A DNA stretch of 57,735 bases from a virus (IMGVR_UViG_3300018083_000004:1-57735), one strand, 5' to 3'. Shown: positions 45,278 to 53,842, counted from the stretch's first letter. Made by a program: numbers and translations. Notes: a model not told the origin generated them from the sequence alone.

Positions 45278-46574
45278 CTGTCGCCTCTGTTAGTTTTCGG
45301 GCTATCGAGATTTCTTCAAAAATCCGGCCATCGCCCTCGAGAACAGCCTTGTGCCCGGTGAAGTTCTGCCAGCGCTGAACGGCCACGTCGACATAAACCG
45401 GCAGCAGTTCCTGCGCATAACAGATGCGGCCGGTCTGTTCGCAGGCGATCACCGTGGTGCCGCTTCCAAGGAATGGGTCATAGACCGCTTGGCCCGGATT
45501 AGAATTGTTTTCGACCGGACGGCGCATGCACTCGACGGGCTTTTGGGTGCTGTGGCCGGTTTCGGATTTCATGTGCTCGATTTGCCAGAGCGTCGTTTGC
45601 GACCGGTCGCCGGACCAATGCCCAGTTGCGCCTTTGCGCACGGCATACCAGCATGGCTCGTGCTGCCAGTGATAATCGCCGCGGCTGATTACAAAGCGCG
45701 GTTTGGCCCACACTATCTGGCAGCGGATAACAAAGCCGACCGCCTCCAGCGATTGCTGAACAATGGCGGCATGCCGACCGCCATGCCAGCAATAGGCAAC
45801 CTGACCCGGAAACAGCGCCCACGCCTCGCGCCAGTCAGAGCGGTTATCGTTGCCAACCCGTCCTATGGCTCTAACGGTTAGACCGTTGGGCATATATGCA
45901 TGATTTCGCCAGTCTGGATCGTAGTCGACCCCATACGGCGGATCCGTGACCATGAGGTTCGGTTTGACGCCAGCGAGCAGCCGCTCCACATCCTCAGTCT
46001 TGGTGCTATCCCCGCACGCCACCCGATGCCGCCCACAAAGCCACACGTCGCCCGTAGCGCTTACCGGGCGCGCCGGGATAGGCGGAGCGTCGTCGGGGTC
46101 CGTTAAACCGCCTGTCGGGCCAACAAGGCGATCCAATTCTGAAGATCCAAAGCCGATTAGGCCGAGATTTGCTCCAACACCCTGCAACTGCGTGAGCTCG
46201 TCACTTAGCAGAGGTAAGTCCCAGTCTGCATTTAACGACAGCTTGTTGTCCGCCAGGATATAGGCTCGGCGCTGAGCTTGCGTCCAGCCGGCGCAATCGA
46301 TGACCGGCGCGGTTCCGAGCGGTATGCTCTCCCCCCCAGGGAGCTTGATGCCCATGCCTTCCGCGTACAGCAATACGGCCGCTAAAACCCGCCCATGACC
46401 GGCGACAATGCCGTCACCGTCAGCCAGAATCGGGTTGGTCCAGCCCCATTCCAGCATCGCGTCCGCGATTTGACGCACTTGCTCCCGACTATGCCTGCGC
46501 GCGTTGCGCGCATATGGAACTAGTTCTGCTATCGGCCGAAAGACCGCCTGCACGCCTGCCGTCGCGTTACCCAC
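45213..46574 (-). CDS. ParB-like domain plus N6-A/N4-C DNA methyltransferase
   Basis: PYARNARRH, AGHGR, ADNK; TDPPY, HSTQKPV, DPFLGSGTT (beta-type order); GTG start after AAGGAGG. Confidence 0.92.
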   Translation of the reverse strand: MGNATAGVQAVFRPIAELVPYARNARRHSREQVRQIADAMLEWGWTNPILADGDGIVAGHGRVLAAVLLYAEGMGIKLPGGESIPLGTAPVIDCAGWTQAQRRAYILADNKLSLNADWDLPLLSDELTQLQGVGANLGLIGFGSSELDRLVGPTGGLTDPDDAPPIPARPVSATGDVWLCGRHRVACGDSTKTEDVERLLAGVKPNLMVTDPPYGVDYDPDWRNHAYMPNGLTVRAIGRVGNDNRSDWREAWALFPGQVAYCWHGGRHAAIVQQSLEAVGFVIRCQIVWAKPRFVISRGDYHWQHEPCWYAVRKGATGHWSGDRSQTTLWQIEHMKSETGHSTQKPVECMRRPVENNSNPGQAVYDPFLGSGTTVIACEQTGRICYAQELLPVYVDVAVQRWQNFTGHKAVLEGDGRIFEEISIARKLTEATDGNARAQADTDNTKDHQEQPG

Positions 46575-46599
46575 ATACCTCCTTGTATACCCTGCCGCC

Positions 46600-46685
46600 T
46601 TGAAATTCGCGGAAAAATAAATTTTAGCGCGCGCACGCATTCTCGTCGCCAGTCTGCAGAGATCCGGACCCCCCATCCCCCGTCC
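46600..46685. other. Probable cos (3'-overhang type) region
   Basis: Non-coding stretch between HNH and MTase/terS with a G-run (GGGGATGGGGGGT), a GC-rich core and TTTTT..CGCGAA, resembling cos regions of HK97-type phages; cut site not determined. Confidence 0.45.
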
Positions 46686-46772
46686 TACACCGCGCATGGC
46701 GCAGTCGACAAAGGCACGCGAGTACATGTGCATAGTCTCAGCGCTGCCACGCACAGCGCCTTATCTAGTCAG

Positions 46773-46919
46773 TCATAGGTGGGTGATATGACCCGCCAAC
46801 ATAGAAGCCGTGAGACATGCCAGCCCTGCGGCCTGCAGGTTAACGCGACCACCAGACACACCAACAGCAGACAGTATGAACAGGATCAAGGCGGCGATCA
46901 GAAAGCCTAGTGCGATCAT
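46773..46919 (-). CDS. Small membrane protein (48 aa)
   Basis: Hand-translated MIALGFLIAALILFILSAVGVSGGRVNLQAAGLACLTASMLAGHITHL; AGGAG RBS. Confidence 0.6.
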   Translation of the reverse strand: MIALGFLIAALILFILSAVGVSGGRVNLQAAGLACLTASMLAGHITHL

Positions 46920-47049
46920 GACAGTGCTCTCCTATGCGATGCTCAGTAATCGAACCATCATGGCTCCACACTGCAAGCACTTTTTAGTGCCGTCTGGGTT
47001 GTCGGCTCCGCAGTTATTGCACTTCATTGTCATGCGATAGCGCATGGTT

Positions 47050-47421
47050 TTAACTCCTTGAAGCATTTCCGAATCCGTGATCGAAGGTCGCAGTCTTTGC
47101 GTCATGGCAGGCCTTTGCAAGCGATTGATGGTTCTCTGGATCCCAGAACAACATTTCGTCACCATGATGCGGCACGATGTGATCGACTATTGAGGCAGCC
47201 ACTAACTTGCCCGCATGCTTCTCACACATGCAGAACGGATGCGCACGCAGGAACGCTATGCGGTACTTGCGCCACGCAGGCCCATACAGCCGATAGGTAG
47301 GCTTGTCCCTGCGTTCGTTGACAGCCCTGCGTATGGTTCTGTCATGATCACTGCATCTGCCTTGGTGGACCAGCTTAGGGCAGGCAGGATAAGTGCAGGG
47401 GCGTAATGCAGCGATACTCAC
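47050..47421 (-). CDS. HNH endonuclease, HK97 gp74-like packaging cofactor
   Basis: FLRAHPFC, VDHIVPHHGD..LFWD..NHQSL.K.CHDAKT; upstream of cos/terminase. Confidence 0.9.
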   Translation of the reverse strand: MSIAALRPCTYPACPKLVHQGRCSDHDRTIRRAVNERRDKPTYRLYGPAWRKYRIAFLRAHPFCMCEKHAGKLVAASIVDHIVPHHGDEMLFWDPENHQSLAKACHDAKTATFDHGFGNASRS

Positions 47422-47711
47422 GCAGCTACTGCTGTTTCCACAAACGTGGCAGTGACCTTAGCCATGACCCCAGCATTCGACAGATCGGACGCGATGCTCG
47501 ACTCGATAAACATCGCGATCAACGGATGCGCATTCACGGCGACAGCAGCAGCCAGTTGAGCGGATCTCTGCGCCAGTTCGAGCGAAAGATCGTCTATGTC
47601 GTCCGCATTGTCTCGGATGTGCTGCGCCAGATCGCAGATCAGCACAATGGCGCTTTGCTGGACACCAAAGGTGCCCTGAACCTTGACGATGAGATCGTCC
47701 AGCGCCTGCAT
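47418..47711 (-). CDS. Coiled-coil protein, paralogue of the neighbouring gene
   Basis: MQALDDL..KV.....QQSAI.L...LAAAVAVN. Confidence 0.6.
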   Translation of the reverse strand: MQALDDLIVKVQGTFGVQQSAIVLICDLAQHIRDNADDIDDLSLELAQRSAQLAAAVAVNAHPLIAMFIESSIASDLSNAGVMAKVTATFVETAVAA

Positions 47712-47777
47712 AAAAAATTCCGCTCGCCAGTGGTCTGGGTGACTTAAGCGAACGGAATTTAAGGGGAGGAGTTCGGT

Positions 47778-48104
47778 TTATGCCGCGGGAGTATTGGCGG
47801 CAACGGCAGCTGCAAGCTTGGCAGATTCCGCGCTGAGCGAATCAGCGATCGCCTGCACCTGTGCAGGATTGCCAGCCGCCGCGGTGAGCTGTGCAGACAG
47901 GCCGTTAAGCAGCGCGATGGCGCTTTCCTCGACGGTATTGATCTCGGTCACTTTCGCTTGCAGATCGTCCAGCTCTTGCATGATGTGGGCTCCTAGGCTC
48001 GTAAAGGCTGCGCTGTTGGCGCTGGAGAGCGTCGCGACGGCAGTCAGAATCGCATCAAGTTTCGCCTCGACCGTATCCAGTCGCAGGAAAATATCGTGCT
48101 CCAT
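47778..48104 (-). CDS. Coiled-coil protein
   Basis: TGATG-coupled; MQELDDL..KV.....EESAI.L...LAAAVAANTP. Confidence 0.65.
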   Translation of the reverse strand: MEHDIFLRLDTVEAKLDAILTAVATLSSANSAAFTSLGAHIMQELDDLQAKVTEINTVEESAIALLNGLSAQLTAAAGNPAQVQAIADSLSAESAKLAAAVAANTPAA

Positions 48105-48340
48105 CAGGACGACGCTGGCGCATCGCTCCCACTCGCATCGCCTTCCTGGGACTCGAGCCGCAGCGCCCATTCCTGAACCTGCTGTGCTGCTTCCTGCTCG
48201 CTGATGCCGTAGTTCTCGGCGACTTGGCTGGTCAACGTTCGTTGGTCGGAACTGGGGGTGGCATCGGCCGGCAGGCCGAAATGATCGCGGGTGATCGGCC
48301 AGATGCGATCCCAGTTTGCTTCGATGTCAGCCCAGCGCAT
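48104..48340 (-). CDS. CsbD/YjbJ-like protein
   Basis: W..IEANW........FG...L...V.E.YGISEQEAAQQVQEW matches the CsbD pattern. Confidence 0.65.
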   Translation of the reverse strand: MRWADIEANWDRIWPITRDHFGLPADATPSSDQRTLTSQVAENYGISEQEAAQQVQEWALRLESQEGDASGSDAPASS

Positions 48341-48613
48341 TTTGTCGGTTTTACCTAGCTGTAATCGGGGTAGATGATCTTGCGCACAGTCGGAAACTTC
48401 AGGGGGGCACTTAGCATCGCGGCACGACTGCGCTTGCGACGCGCCGCAGTCTTGGGGTTGAAATCCAAGCGGAGCCCAAGAGCTAACTCGTGGTTTTCCC
48501 GCGCAATTTGCGCAGTCAGCTTCCTTCGCTGCTTAGACAAAATCGCGTTTTCCAATTAGAGATCAGCGACATCCGGCTAACCTGTAGAATTTATTTTTCA
48601 TGTTTCTAGGGCG

Positions 48614-48642
48614 AATTTAGGCACTTTTCCTACAAGTGTCAA
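48614..48642 (-). promoter_or_regulatory. Late promoter (pR'-like)
   Basis: TTGACA-17nt-TAAATT immediately downstream of the Q-like gene, in an AT-rich stretch. Confidence 0.75.
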
Positions 48643-48663
48643 GGGTTTTTAAGCCGGGTCTGG

Positions 48664-49188
48664 CTAGCCGACCAGTCCGCTCTCCCCGAATTCACGGGCC
48701 AACTGCTCGTCGGTGCGCCGGTGTAGCTCGTTCACCGAATCCCAAACTCGGAGCCCGTACTTTTCGACCGTTTTCGGGTTGATGGCGAGCTGCTCGGCGA
48801 TCGAGCGATAGGTTGGCCGGTTGGCGGTGCTGAACAGAAACGAACGCTTCACCAGCAGCAGGATCAGCCGCCTGGACGTGATGCCGGTGCCGATCACTCG
48901 CGGGATGACGAAATCGACGATGCGATGTACCTCGTTCAACCGATGCGGTCCGTGCCGATACCAGCACTCAACGCACGCTCGATCAACCGGCCGGAGGTGG
49001 TGATCGACATGAGCCCTGATCATTGCCGCCTGCACGTGCCATTCCGTGGGGCTGAGATCGTGGATCGAGTACACCGCCCCCTTAAGCAACCGACCGAGCT
49101 GCGAGCGCGCAGTCACCGGAAAATACTCGATCTCGTAGGCGAATCGCAGCGCGTGATCAACGGTGCGAAACAGCGGAGTGTCAAGCAT
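48664..49188 (-). CDS. Q-like antiterminator/late regulator
   Basis: Last early gene before the late promoter; C-terminal HTH (TYRSIAEQLAINPKTV). Confidence 0.65.
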   Translation of the reverse strand: MLDTPLFRTVDHALRFAYEIEYFPVTARSQLGRLLKGAVYSIHDLSPTEWHVQAAMIRAHVDHHLRPVDRACVECWYRHGPHRLNEVHRIVDFVIPRVIGTGITSRRLILLLVKRSFLFSTANRPTYRSIAEQLAINPKTVEKYGLRVWDSVNELHRRTDEQLAREFGESGLVG

Positions 49189-49417
49189 CCCGCCACTCGA
49201 ATTCGGCGACTTCTGGATCCTCTGTGCACGGGATGCCGTTGAACGTCGGAGGAGCATCTTTCATCGGCTGGAATTGAAACGGCCCAGATGGGCGGGCTCG
49301 CAATTTCAGATCGTCCATGCGATCTGGATTAAGCACGATCACCGCAGGTTTGTCGCCGTGATGAGCAACCGCATAGCGATAGATCGCTTTGAGGATTTTC
49401 GTCTCCAGCTCGCTCAT
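49181..49417 (-). CDS. Hypothetical protein
   Basis: ATGA-coupled ORF MSELETKILK... Confidence 0.5.
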   Translation of the reverse strand: MSELETKILKAIYRYAVAHHGDKPAVIVLNPDRMDDLKLRARPSGPFQFQPMKDAPPTFNGIPCTEDPEVAEFEWRDA

Positions 49418-49623
49418 TTGCCCGCCTTCAGCTGTTTGCGCAATTCGTGGCAGATGCCGCAGCGCCAGTAGCGTTGCTCGCGCTTGCCTTTGCCAGCTAG
49501 ATACCACTGCCCGCCTTCTTCCGCCTTGCGCATGGTGTTGCAACTCCGGCAGAAGCGCATGCCGGTGATGCGCCTGGCGGCAGCATCGACTAGCTTGACC
49601 AGCTCGTTGGTTGGCCTGCTCAA
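49414..49623 (-). CDS. Small zinc-binding protein
   Basis: RFCRSC...WRCGIC. Confidence 0.55.
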   Translation of the reverse strand: MSRPTNELVKLVDAAARRITGMRFCRSCNTMRKAEEGGQWYLAGKGKREQRYWRCGICHELRKQLKAGK

Positions 49624-50090
49624 AACGGCTTCTCCTCGCGATTGCGCACTACGCGTTCACCGATCCCCGGTAAGCGCAACTCGCCCTGCCTCCTTGGCGT
49701 CTTGCGATTGCGCCCGCCGCGCTTGACGATCGATGACCAGCTCGTGGCCATGTTCGTCATGTCGATCATGCGCAATCCGTCCTCCATGCGTTTGCCATGC
49801 CATCCGTGCACATAGACAATCCAGCCGGCGCGTTTGACGTGATCGAATTCGCCGAGTGCCGTGATCTTGGCAATGCGTGCCGCCACGTTCGATGCGCTGG
49901 TGGTCTGCACCGCCAGCGTTATGCCGGGCTTGATCGCCAGGATGTCGATGAAGCCGAACAGATCGACCTTGTACACCAGCGGCTCGCGGCCAGGTTCCTT
50001 CGGCGGTATGCGCATGTTCTTTTCGGTGATCTCGCAAAAAAACCCTTGTTTGCGCAGCAGCCGCAGGCTCAGTTCAGTCGGGCTGGCCAT
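49620..50090 (-). CDS. PD-(D/E)xK-like nuclease, possible resolvase
   Basis: SPTELSL..LRKQG, DLFGFIDILA, LAVQTTS.SN, VHGW pattern. Confidence 0.65.
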   Translation of the reverse strand: MASPTELSLRLLRKQGFFCEITEKNMRIPPKEPGREPLVYKVDLFGFIDILAIKPGITLAVQTTSASNVAARIAKITALGEFDHVKRAGWIVYVHGWHGKRMEDGLRMIDMTNMATSWSSIVKRGGRNRKTPRRQGELRLPGIGERVVRNREEKPF

Positions 50091-50494
50091 CAGCCCTCCT
50101 CGCCTGGCTGTCGAATCACCACCACAAACGCCAGCGCTTCTCTCGCCAGTCGATCAGCATACACACCAACCCGCTCTCCAACCTCCAGCCTCGCCAGGAT
50201 CCGCCGCGCCCAGTCCAGCCCGTCTCCCTTGGCTTCGATCGTGATCGGCTCTTGGCCTATCTCCGCCATTGGCAACGTTCGTTGGTCGCGTTCATCTCCA
50301 AGAATTACCCAGGCATGATCGCGGCAATACCATGGGCCGAGCCCGTTAGTGGATTGGCTGATGGTTCCGCGTGCGCCACATCGAGCACCGTGGTCGTTGA
50401 ATGGGCAGCCAAGATCAACGATCTGGCCGTCGACCTTTACCACCTTCCCGGATCTGTTCTCGGGTACGGCGCTGATGCTGGTTTTGAAGTTCAC
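50090..50494 (-). CDS. Hypothetical protein downstream of the replication initiator
   Basis: C..C...WYCRDH zinc-like motif; DWARRILAR. Confidence 0.6.
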   Translation of the reverse strand: MNFKTSISAVPENRSGKVVKVDGQIVDLGCPFNDHGARCGARGTISQSTNGLGPWYCRDHAWVILGDERDQRTLPMAEIGQEPITIEAKGDGLDWARRILARLEVGERVGVYADRLAREALAFVVVIRQPGEEG

Positions 50495-50503
50495 CTTGGA
50501 AAT

Positions 50504-51175
50504 TTATTTCCCGGTTTTGAATTTTTGTTCGAGTGCTCGGGCGATTGCGACGGCATCGCGTCCGGTCTTGACTGGAGAGGGAGCCTGGTTTTGATTCGAT
50601 TCAACTTCACTTCGATTCGATTCTCTTCGATTCAACTTCACTTCACTTCTCTTCACTTCAGCAAGCGGGCGCGTAGCGTTCGCTGTGCGTTCGCGTAGCG
50701 TTTTTTTGGCAAGTCCTTGTATATTTTCATTAGTCGAAATATCGACTATCGGCATAGCGCTAGCTAGGCGTTCGATAGGCGTTCGCTGCGCGTCAGCATC
50801 GCGTTCGCGTAGCGTTTTTTCTGCAACTGCTTGAATCTTTTCGGCGTCATCCCATGGTGATCCGCATACCCTTCGTTTGACATGCCGTAGAATCTGTCTA
50901 AATCGCGGAACGTGGATGTGCCGCTTGTCGTGCGAGTTGTAAACTCGAATGAGATCGCAACCGACCAAAGTTTCGAGCACTGCGGATACCTTGGCGTCGG
51001 TATCGAGGCCGTAGGCGCTCCAGAGCCGGCGGAGCCGGGGAGGGCTAGCCTCCATGTTTCCGACATCGTCTATCGACAGCAGCAGGACGATGTAGCAAAC
51101 GCGTGCAGTGTTGTCGTGCAGTTCGATCCAGCGATCCGAGTCGAGCAGCGAGTCACGGATGATGCGGTTGGGCAT
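50504..51175 (-). CDS. Replication initiator (lambda O-like)
   Basis: MPNRIIRDSLLDS, DDVG, LIRVY N-terminal winged helix; internal DNA repeats; position after cII. Confidence 0.8.
   Translation of the reverse strand: MPNRIIRDSLLDSDRWIELHDNTARVCYIVLLLSIDDVGNMEASPPRLRRLWSAYGLDTDAKVSAVLETLVGCDLIRVYNSHDKRHIHVPRFRQILRHVKRRVCGSPWDDAEKIQAVAEKTLRERDADAQRTPIERLASAMPIVDISTNENIQGLAKKTLRERTANATRPLAEVKRSEVKLNRRESNRSEVESNQNQAPSPVKTGRDAVAIARALEQKFKTGK
50594..50845. repeat. Putative replication origin: iterons and a 5-mer tandem array
   Basis: GCGTTCGCGTAGCGTTTTTT at 50687 and 50801; further GCGTTCG copies; about 13 tandem NNTTC units at about 50594-50659. Confidence 0.7.
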
Positions 51176-51178
51176 AGT

Positions 51179-51535
51179 TCACAACCCAGCGAGTCTGCCC
51201 TGCATCAATTGCATTTCGTCGTCGTCCTCCGAGGCGTATAGGGTCGCAATCCTAGCCGCCACAACCGCGCGCTGGCTTTCGTTCAGATGCCTCCGGTGCA
51301 GATTGGCAGATATAACAAACGGGACCAGATCCGCCTCTGTGCCCTCGAAGACTTGAGCCTTAACCGGAATGCCCAACTCTTCACAAGCACGCTCTCGGTG
51401 CCTTCCATCGAGCGTCATGCCGCGCCAGGTCCAGATCCGTTCTCGCTGCCCGTTTGCGGCAATGTCCGCCTTGAGCGCTGCGTACTCCGTCTCCATCATC
51501 GACGGGAAGATGTTGGCCACTGGATGTGCGTTCAC
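51179..51535 (-). CDS. ParB/Srx-like N-terminal domain protein
   Basis: HPVANIFP, LKADIAANG, LDGRHR..AC, SANLHRRHL.ESQR. Confidence 0.75.
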   Translation of the reverse strand: MNAHPVANIFPSMMETEYAALKADIAANGQRERIWTWRGMTLDGRHRERACEELGIPVKAQVFEGTEADLVPFVISANLHRRHLNESQRAVVAARIATLYASEDDDEMQLMQGRLAGL

Positions 51536-51948
51536 GCCTTCTCCCTCCGCATCATCCCGCGCAGCAATTCATTCTCGGCCGCTAGCCGCGCGTTCTGTTC
51601 CTTGGATAGTCGAAGCTCGCGTTCCAACTCCGACTCAAGCCTGACCAATTCGTACCCGCGTCGATCCGCCAACCAGATCAGCGGCACCTCGTTGCCACAT
51701 AGGTCGAACAGATCGGCGAAGCGATCAGAAGGGAAGTGGGCCTCGCCGGATTTGATGCGGGCCCAAACGCCGGGATCGATATCCATCCGGCGGCAGAAAT
51801 CCTTATCGTTCTTGAAACCGGCGAGATCCACGCACAACCCGACCGCCTTGTGCATGCTCGGTTGCCGGCGCACCGCCGCAATATCCACCTCTTGCATGGA
51901 GCCGCGGATGGCGAGATCGAGCTGGTTCAACAATGCTCCAATGATCAA
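51532..51948 (-). CDS. CII-position transcriptional regulator
   Basis: HTH-like region and CGNEVPLIWLA..RGY; follows cro. Confidence 0.65.
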   Translation of the reverse strand: MIIGALLNQLDLAIRGSMQEVDIAAVRRQPSMHKAVGLCVDLAGFKNDKDFCRRMDIDPGVWARIKSGEAHFPSDRFADLFDLCGNEVPLIWLADRRGYELVRLESELERELRLSKEQNARLAAENELLRGMMRREKA

Positions 51949-51988
51949 TTGACTCGCGTGGACGGACCCACCTGGCGCTAACTATTCG

Positions 51989-52240
51989 CTAGGCAGCGAC
52001 CCGTTTCTGTCTGCCCGCTCGCTTCTTCTCGATCGAGCGGAAATAGTCGTACAACTTTTGGGCCGTAGGTAGCGACGGATCCTGATGCACGCCCTGAACA
52101 TACTTGACCAGCGTCCAATACGGCACGCCGGACTCGTTGGCCACGACGGTCAGCTGACGGCCTTGGCGGGCGATCTCCAGGCATTCCTTCACGTAGTCCA
52201 GGCGCACCCGGACGTACTCGATCATGGTTTTTTCAGTCAT
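51989..52240 (-). CDS. Cro-like HTH regulator
   Basis: VANESGVPYWTLVK...DPSLPTAQKL; divergent from the repressor. Confidence 0.75.
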   Translation of the reverse strand: MTEKTMIEYVRVRLDYVKECLEIARQGRQLTVVANESGVPYWTLVKYVQGVHQDPSLPTAQKLYDYFRSIEKKRAGRQKRVAA

Positions 52241-52247
52241 GGAACAA

Positions 52248-52318
52248 TTATTAGCCGAACCGTGCTAAGCACGCAAGTGGAATTTTCGCAGCACCTGGCT
52301 AGAAGGCCCGCGTAGAGT
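52248..52318. promoter_or_regulatory. OR-like switch with PR, PRM and two operators
   Basis: Operators TAGCCG-AACC-GTGCTA (52252-52267) and TCGCAG-CACC-TGGCTA (52286-52301); minus-strand TTGCGT-17-TAATAA; plus-strand -10 TAGAGT at 52313. Confidence 0.65.
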
Positions 52319-52327
52319 GCCAAGCCT

Positions 52328-52747
52328 ATGAACGAAAAGAGCTATCAGAAAAGCCGTAAGGCCCTGGCCGACAACCTCAACGAGCTGATCGGGGGTAAAG
52401 GATTGAGCGTCAACGGCGAAGCGCACCGCCGCAAAATTCCGCAGCGCAGCCTGGAAAATCTCACCAACCTTGACGTGGACCCGCGTTTGAGCACAATAGC
52501 TGGCGTGGCTCACGCCTTCGGGCTCGAGCCGTGGCAAGCGCTGCTACCCCATGCGGAGATCGAAACCAGAAAGCGCTGCATGGATTGGCTGCGACTATGG
52601 AATAGCGCTACCGCGCCGACGAGGCGCGTGATGGAAATGGCCCTGCGTCTGGCACTAGAAGAAGAACAGGCCGATCAAAAACAATACGCAGACGCTGAGG
52701 AAGTCGCGCATGGTGAGCGACGCCGGGAGGACCGACGCACTAGTTGA
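52328..52747 (+). CDS. CI-like XRE repressor without an S24 peptidase domain
   Basis: LADNLNEL...DPRLSTIAGVAHAFGLEPWQAL XRE pattern; divergent from cro. Confidence 0.75.
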   Translation: MNEKSYQKSRKALADNLNELIGGKGLSVNGEAHRRKIPQRSLENLTNLDVDPRLSTIAGVAHAFGLEPWQALLPHAEIETRKRCMDWLRLWNSATAPTRRVMEMALRLALEEEQADQKQYADAEEVAHGERRREDRRTS

Positions 52748-53026
52748 ACTGCGGGAACAGCAGGAGCAGCAGCTCGTAGCCTATTTTCGAGAGTGTGGGA
52801 TCGAGGATCGGGACGCAATCCTGCTCCTGTTACGATCGGCTGCCGCCCATCATCACGACTCACCCGCCTGGCCTGCCAACGTCATTCCATTGCGCTGCAG
52901 CGCCAGATACTGCAGCAATGCGGGCCAACGGCAAGAAGCCCGATGCGCCGGTTGCTATTGGGCCTAAGCGCTAACACCTAGAATCGACGGCGGAATCCTC
53001 TTCCGCTGTTTCTTTTCGTCCATCGT

Positions 53027-53070
53027 TAGCACGATTGTGCTTGACATGTCTAGCCGGGTGCGGCTAGACT
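53027..53070 (+). promoter_or_regulatory. PL-like promoter with two operators
   Basis: TTGACA(53041)-18nt-TAGACT; perfect palindrome GTCTAGCCG-GGTG-CGGCTAGAC; second site TAGCAC-GATT-GTGCTT (53027-53042). Confidence 0.8.
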
Positions 53071-53105
53071 TCGTCACGTCATAAGCATTTTTGGAGGAGA
53101 CGACG

Positions 53106-53312
53106 TTGGCAACCAAAAAACTGAACGTGCTGGAGCTGCGCAAAGGCCTTGCCCTCAATCAATCCGACTTCTGGGGACGCGTGCACGTCACCCAGTCTGG
53201 CGGCTCTCGCTTCGAGCGTGGCGACCGCGCGGTACCGAAGCCGGTGCGCGCGCTTTTGGGCGCGGTCTATTTGGGCGAAAAGGTGCGGCCGTACAAGGCG
53301 AGGCGCAAGTGA
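53106..53312 (+). CDS. Small XRE HTH protein
   Basis: GGAGGA RBS with TTG start; LRKGLALNQSDFWGRVHVTQSGGSRFERG..VPKPV. Confidence 0.8.
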   Translation: MATKKLNVLELRKGLALNQSDFWGRVHVTQSGGSRFERGDRAVPKPVRALLGAVYLGEKVRPYKARRK

Positions 53313-53437
53313 AACTTAGGACGGGTCTGCAGCGTTGCAGCCGGCAGTGGGTTAGATCAAACAGCCTACTACCGGGTGCAATTGAGCGCCGACGTGCGCC
53401 GCGCACGATCACTGCGGCAAATTCCAACGAGGTAATT

Positions 53438-53800
53438 ATGTCAACAGCTCTACCATCTAACCTACCGCTTTACAGCGAGATTCAAGATCCGAAGGCCAGT
53501 AAGAACGTGCGCCACGTTATCCGCGATGCGATCAGCAATGACCAGATTTTCAAAGATATCGCACCGTACATAGTCAATGGCGGAAAGTGTGGCCACAAGG
53601 TCATGGATATCGCGGCGTCGATCGACATCATCATCGCCTACGATCATGCCAACGGCAATCGGCTGGAGGCGTTCAAGCTCAACAAGAAACAGTTGGGCGA
53701 TCAGTTCAAGAACGTGCTGCGCGAGCGCTATGAGTTGGACAAAGCCTGGAAGATCACGGCACTGAGCAAGCGAGTGACCGATCAAAGGGCATCGGAGTAA
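53438..53800 (+). CDS. Hypothetical early protein
   Basis: GAGGT RBS; followed by a terminator. Confidence 0.65.
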   Translation: MSTALPSNLPLYSEIQDPKASKNVRHVIRDAISNDQIFKDIAPYIVNGGKCGHKVMDIAASIDIIIAYDHANGNRLEAFKLNKKQLGDQFKNVLRERYELDKAWKITALSKRVTDQRASE

Positions 53801-53809
53801 CTGAGAGTT

Positions 53810-53842
53810 GCTGGCCGTCAATTCTGGCGGCCAGCTTTTTTT
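53810..53842 (+). terminator. Rho-independent terminator (tL1-like)
   Basis: GCTGGCCGTCA-ATTC-TGGCGGCCAGC-T7. Confidence 0.85.

Noticed and set aside
45213-46574. DNA methyltransferase as part of a restriction-modification or defence system
   Set aside because: There is no cognate restriction gene. ParB-MTase fusions next to terS are common in temperate phages, and the nearby HNH is the gp74-type packaging nuclease.
48355-48555. 66-aa ORF after the late promoter
   Set aside because: TTG start with no clear RBS and no motif; it may be untranslated leader.
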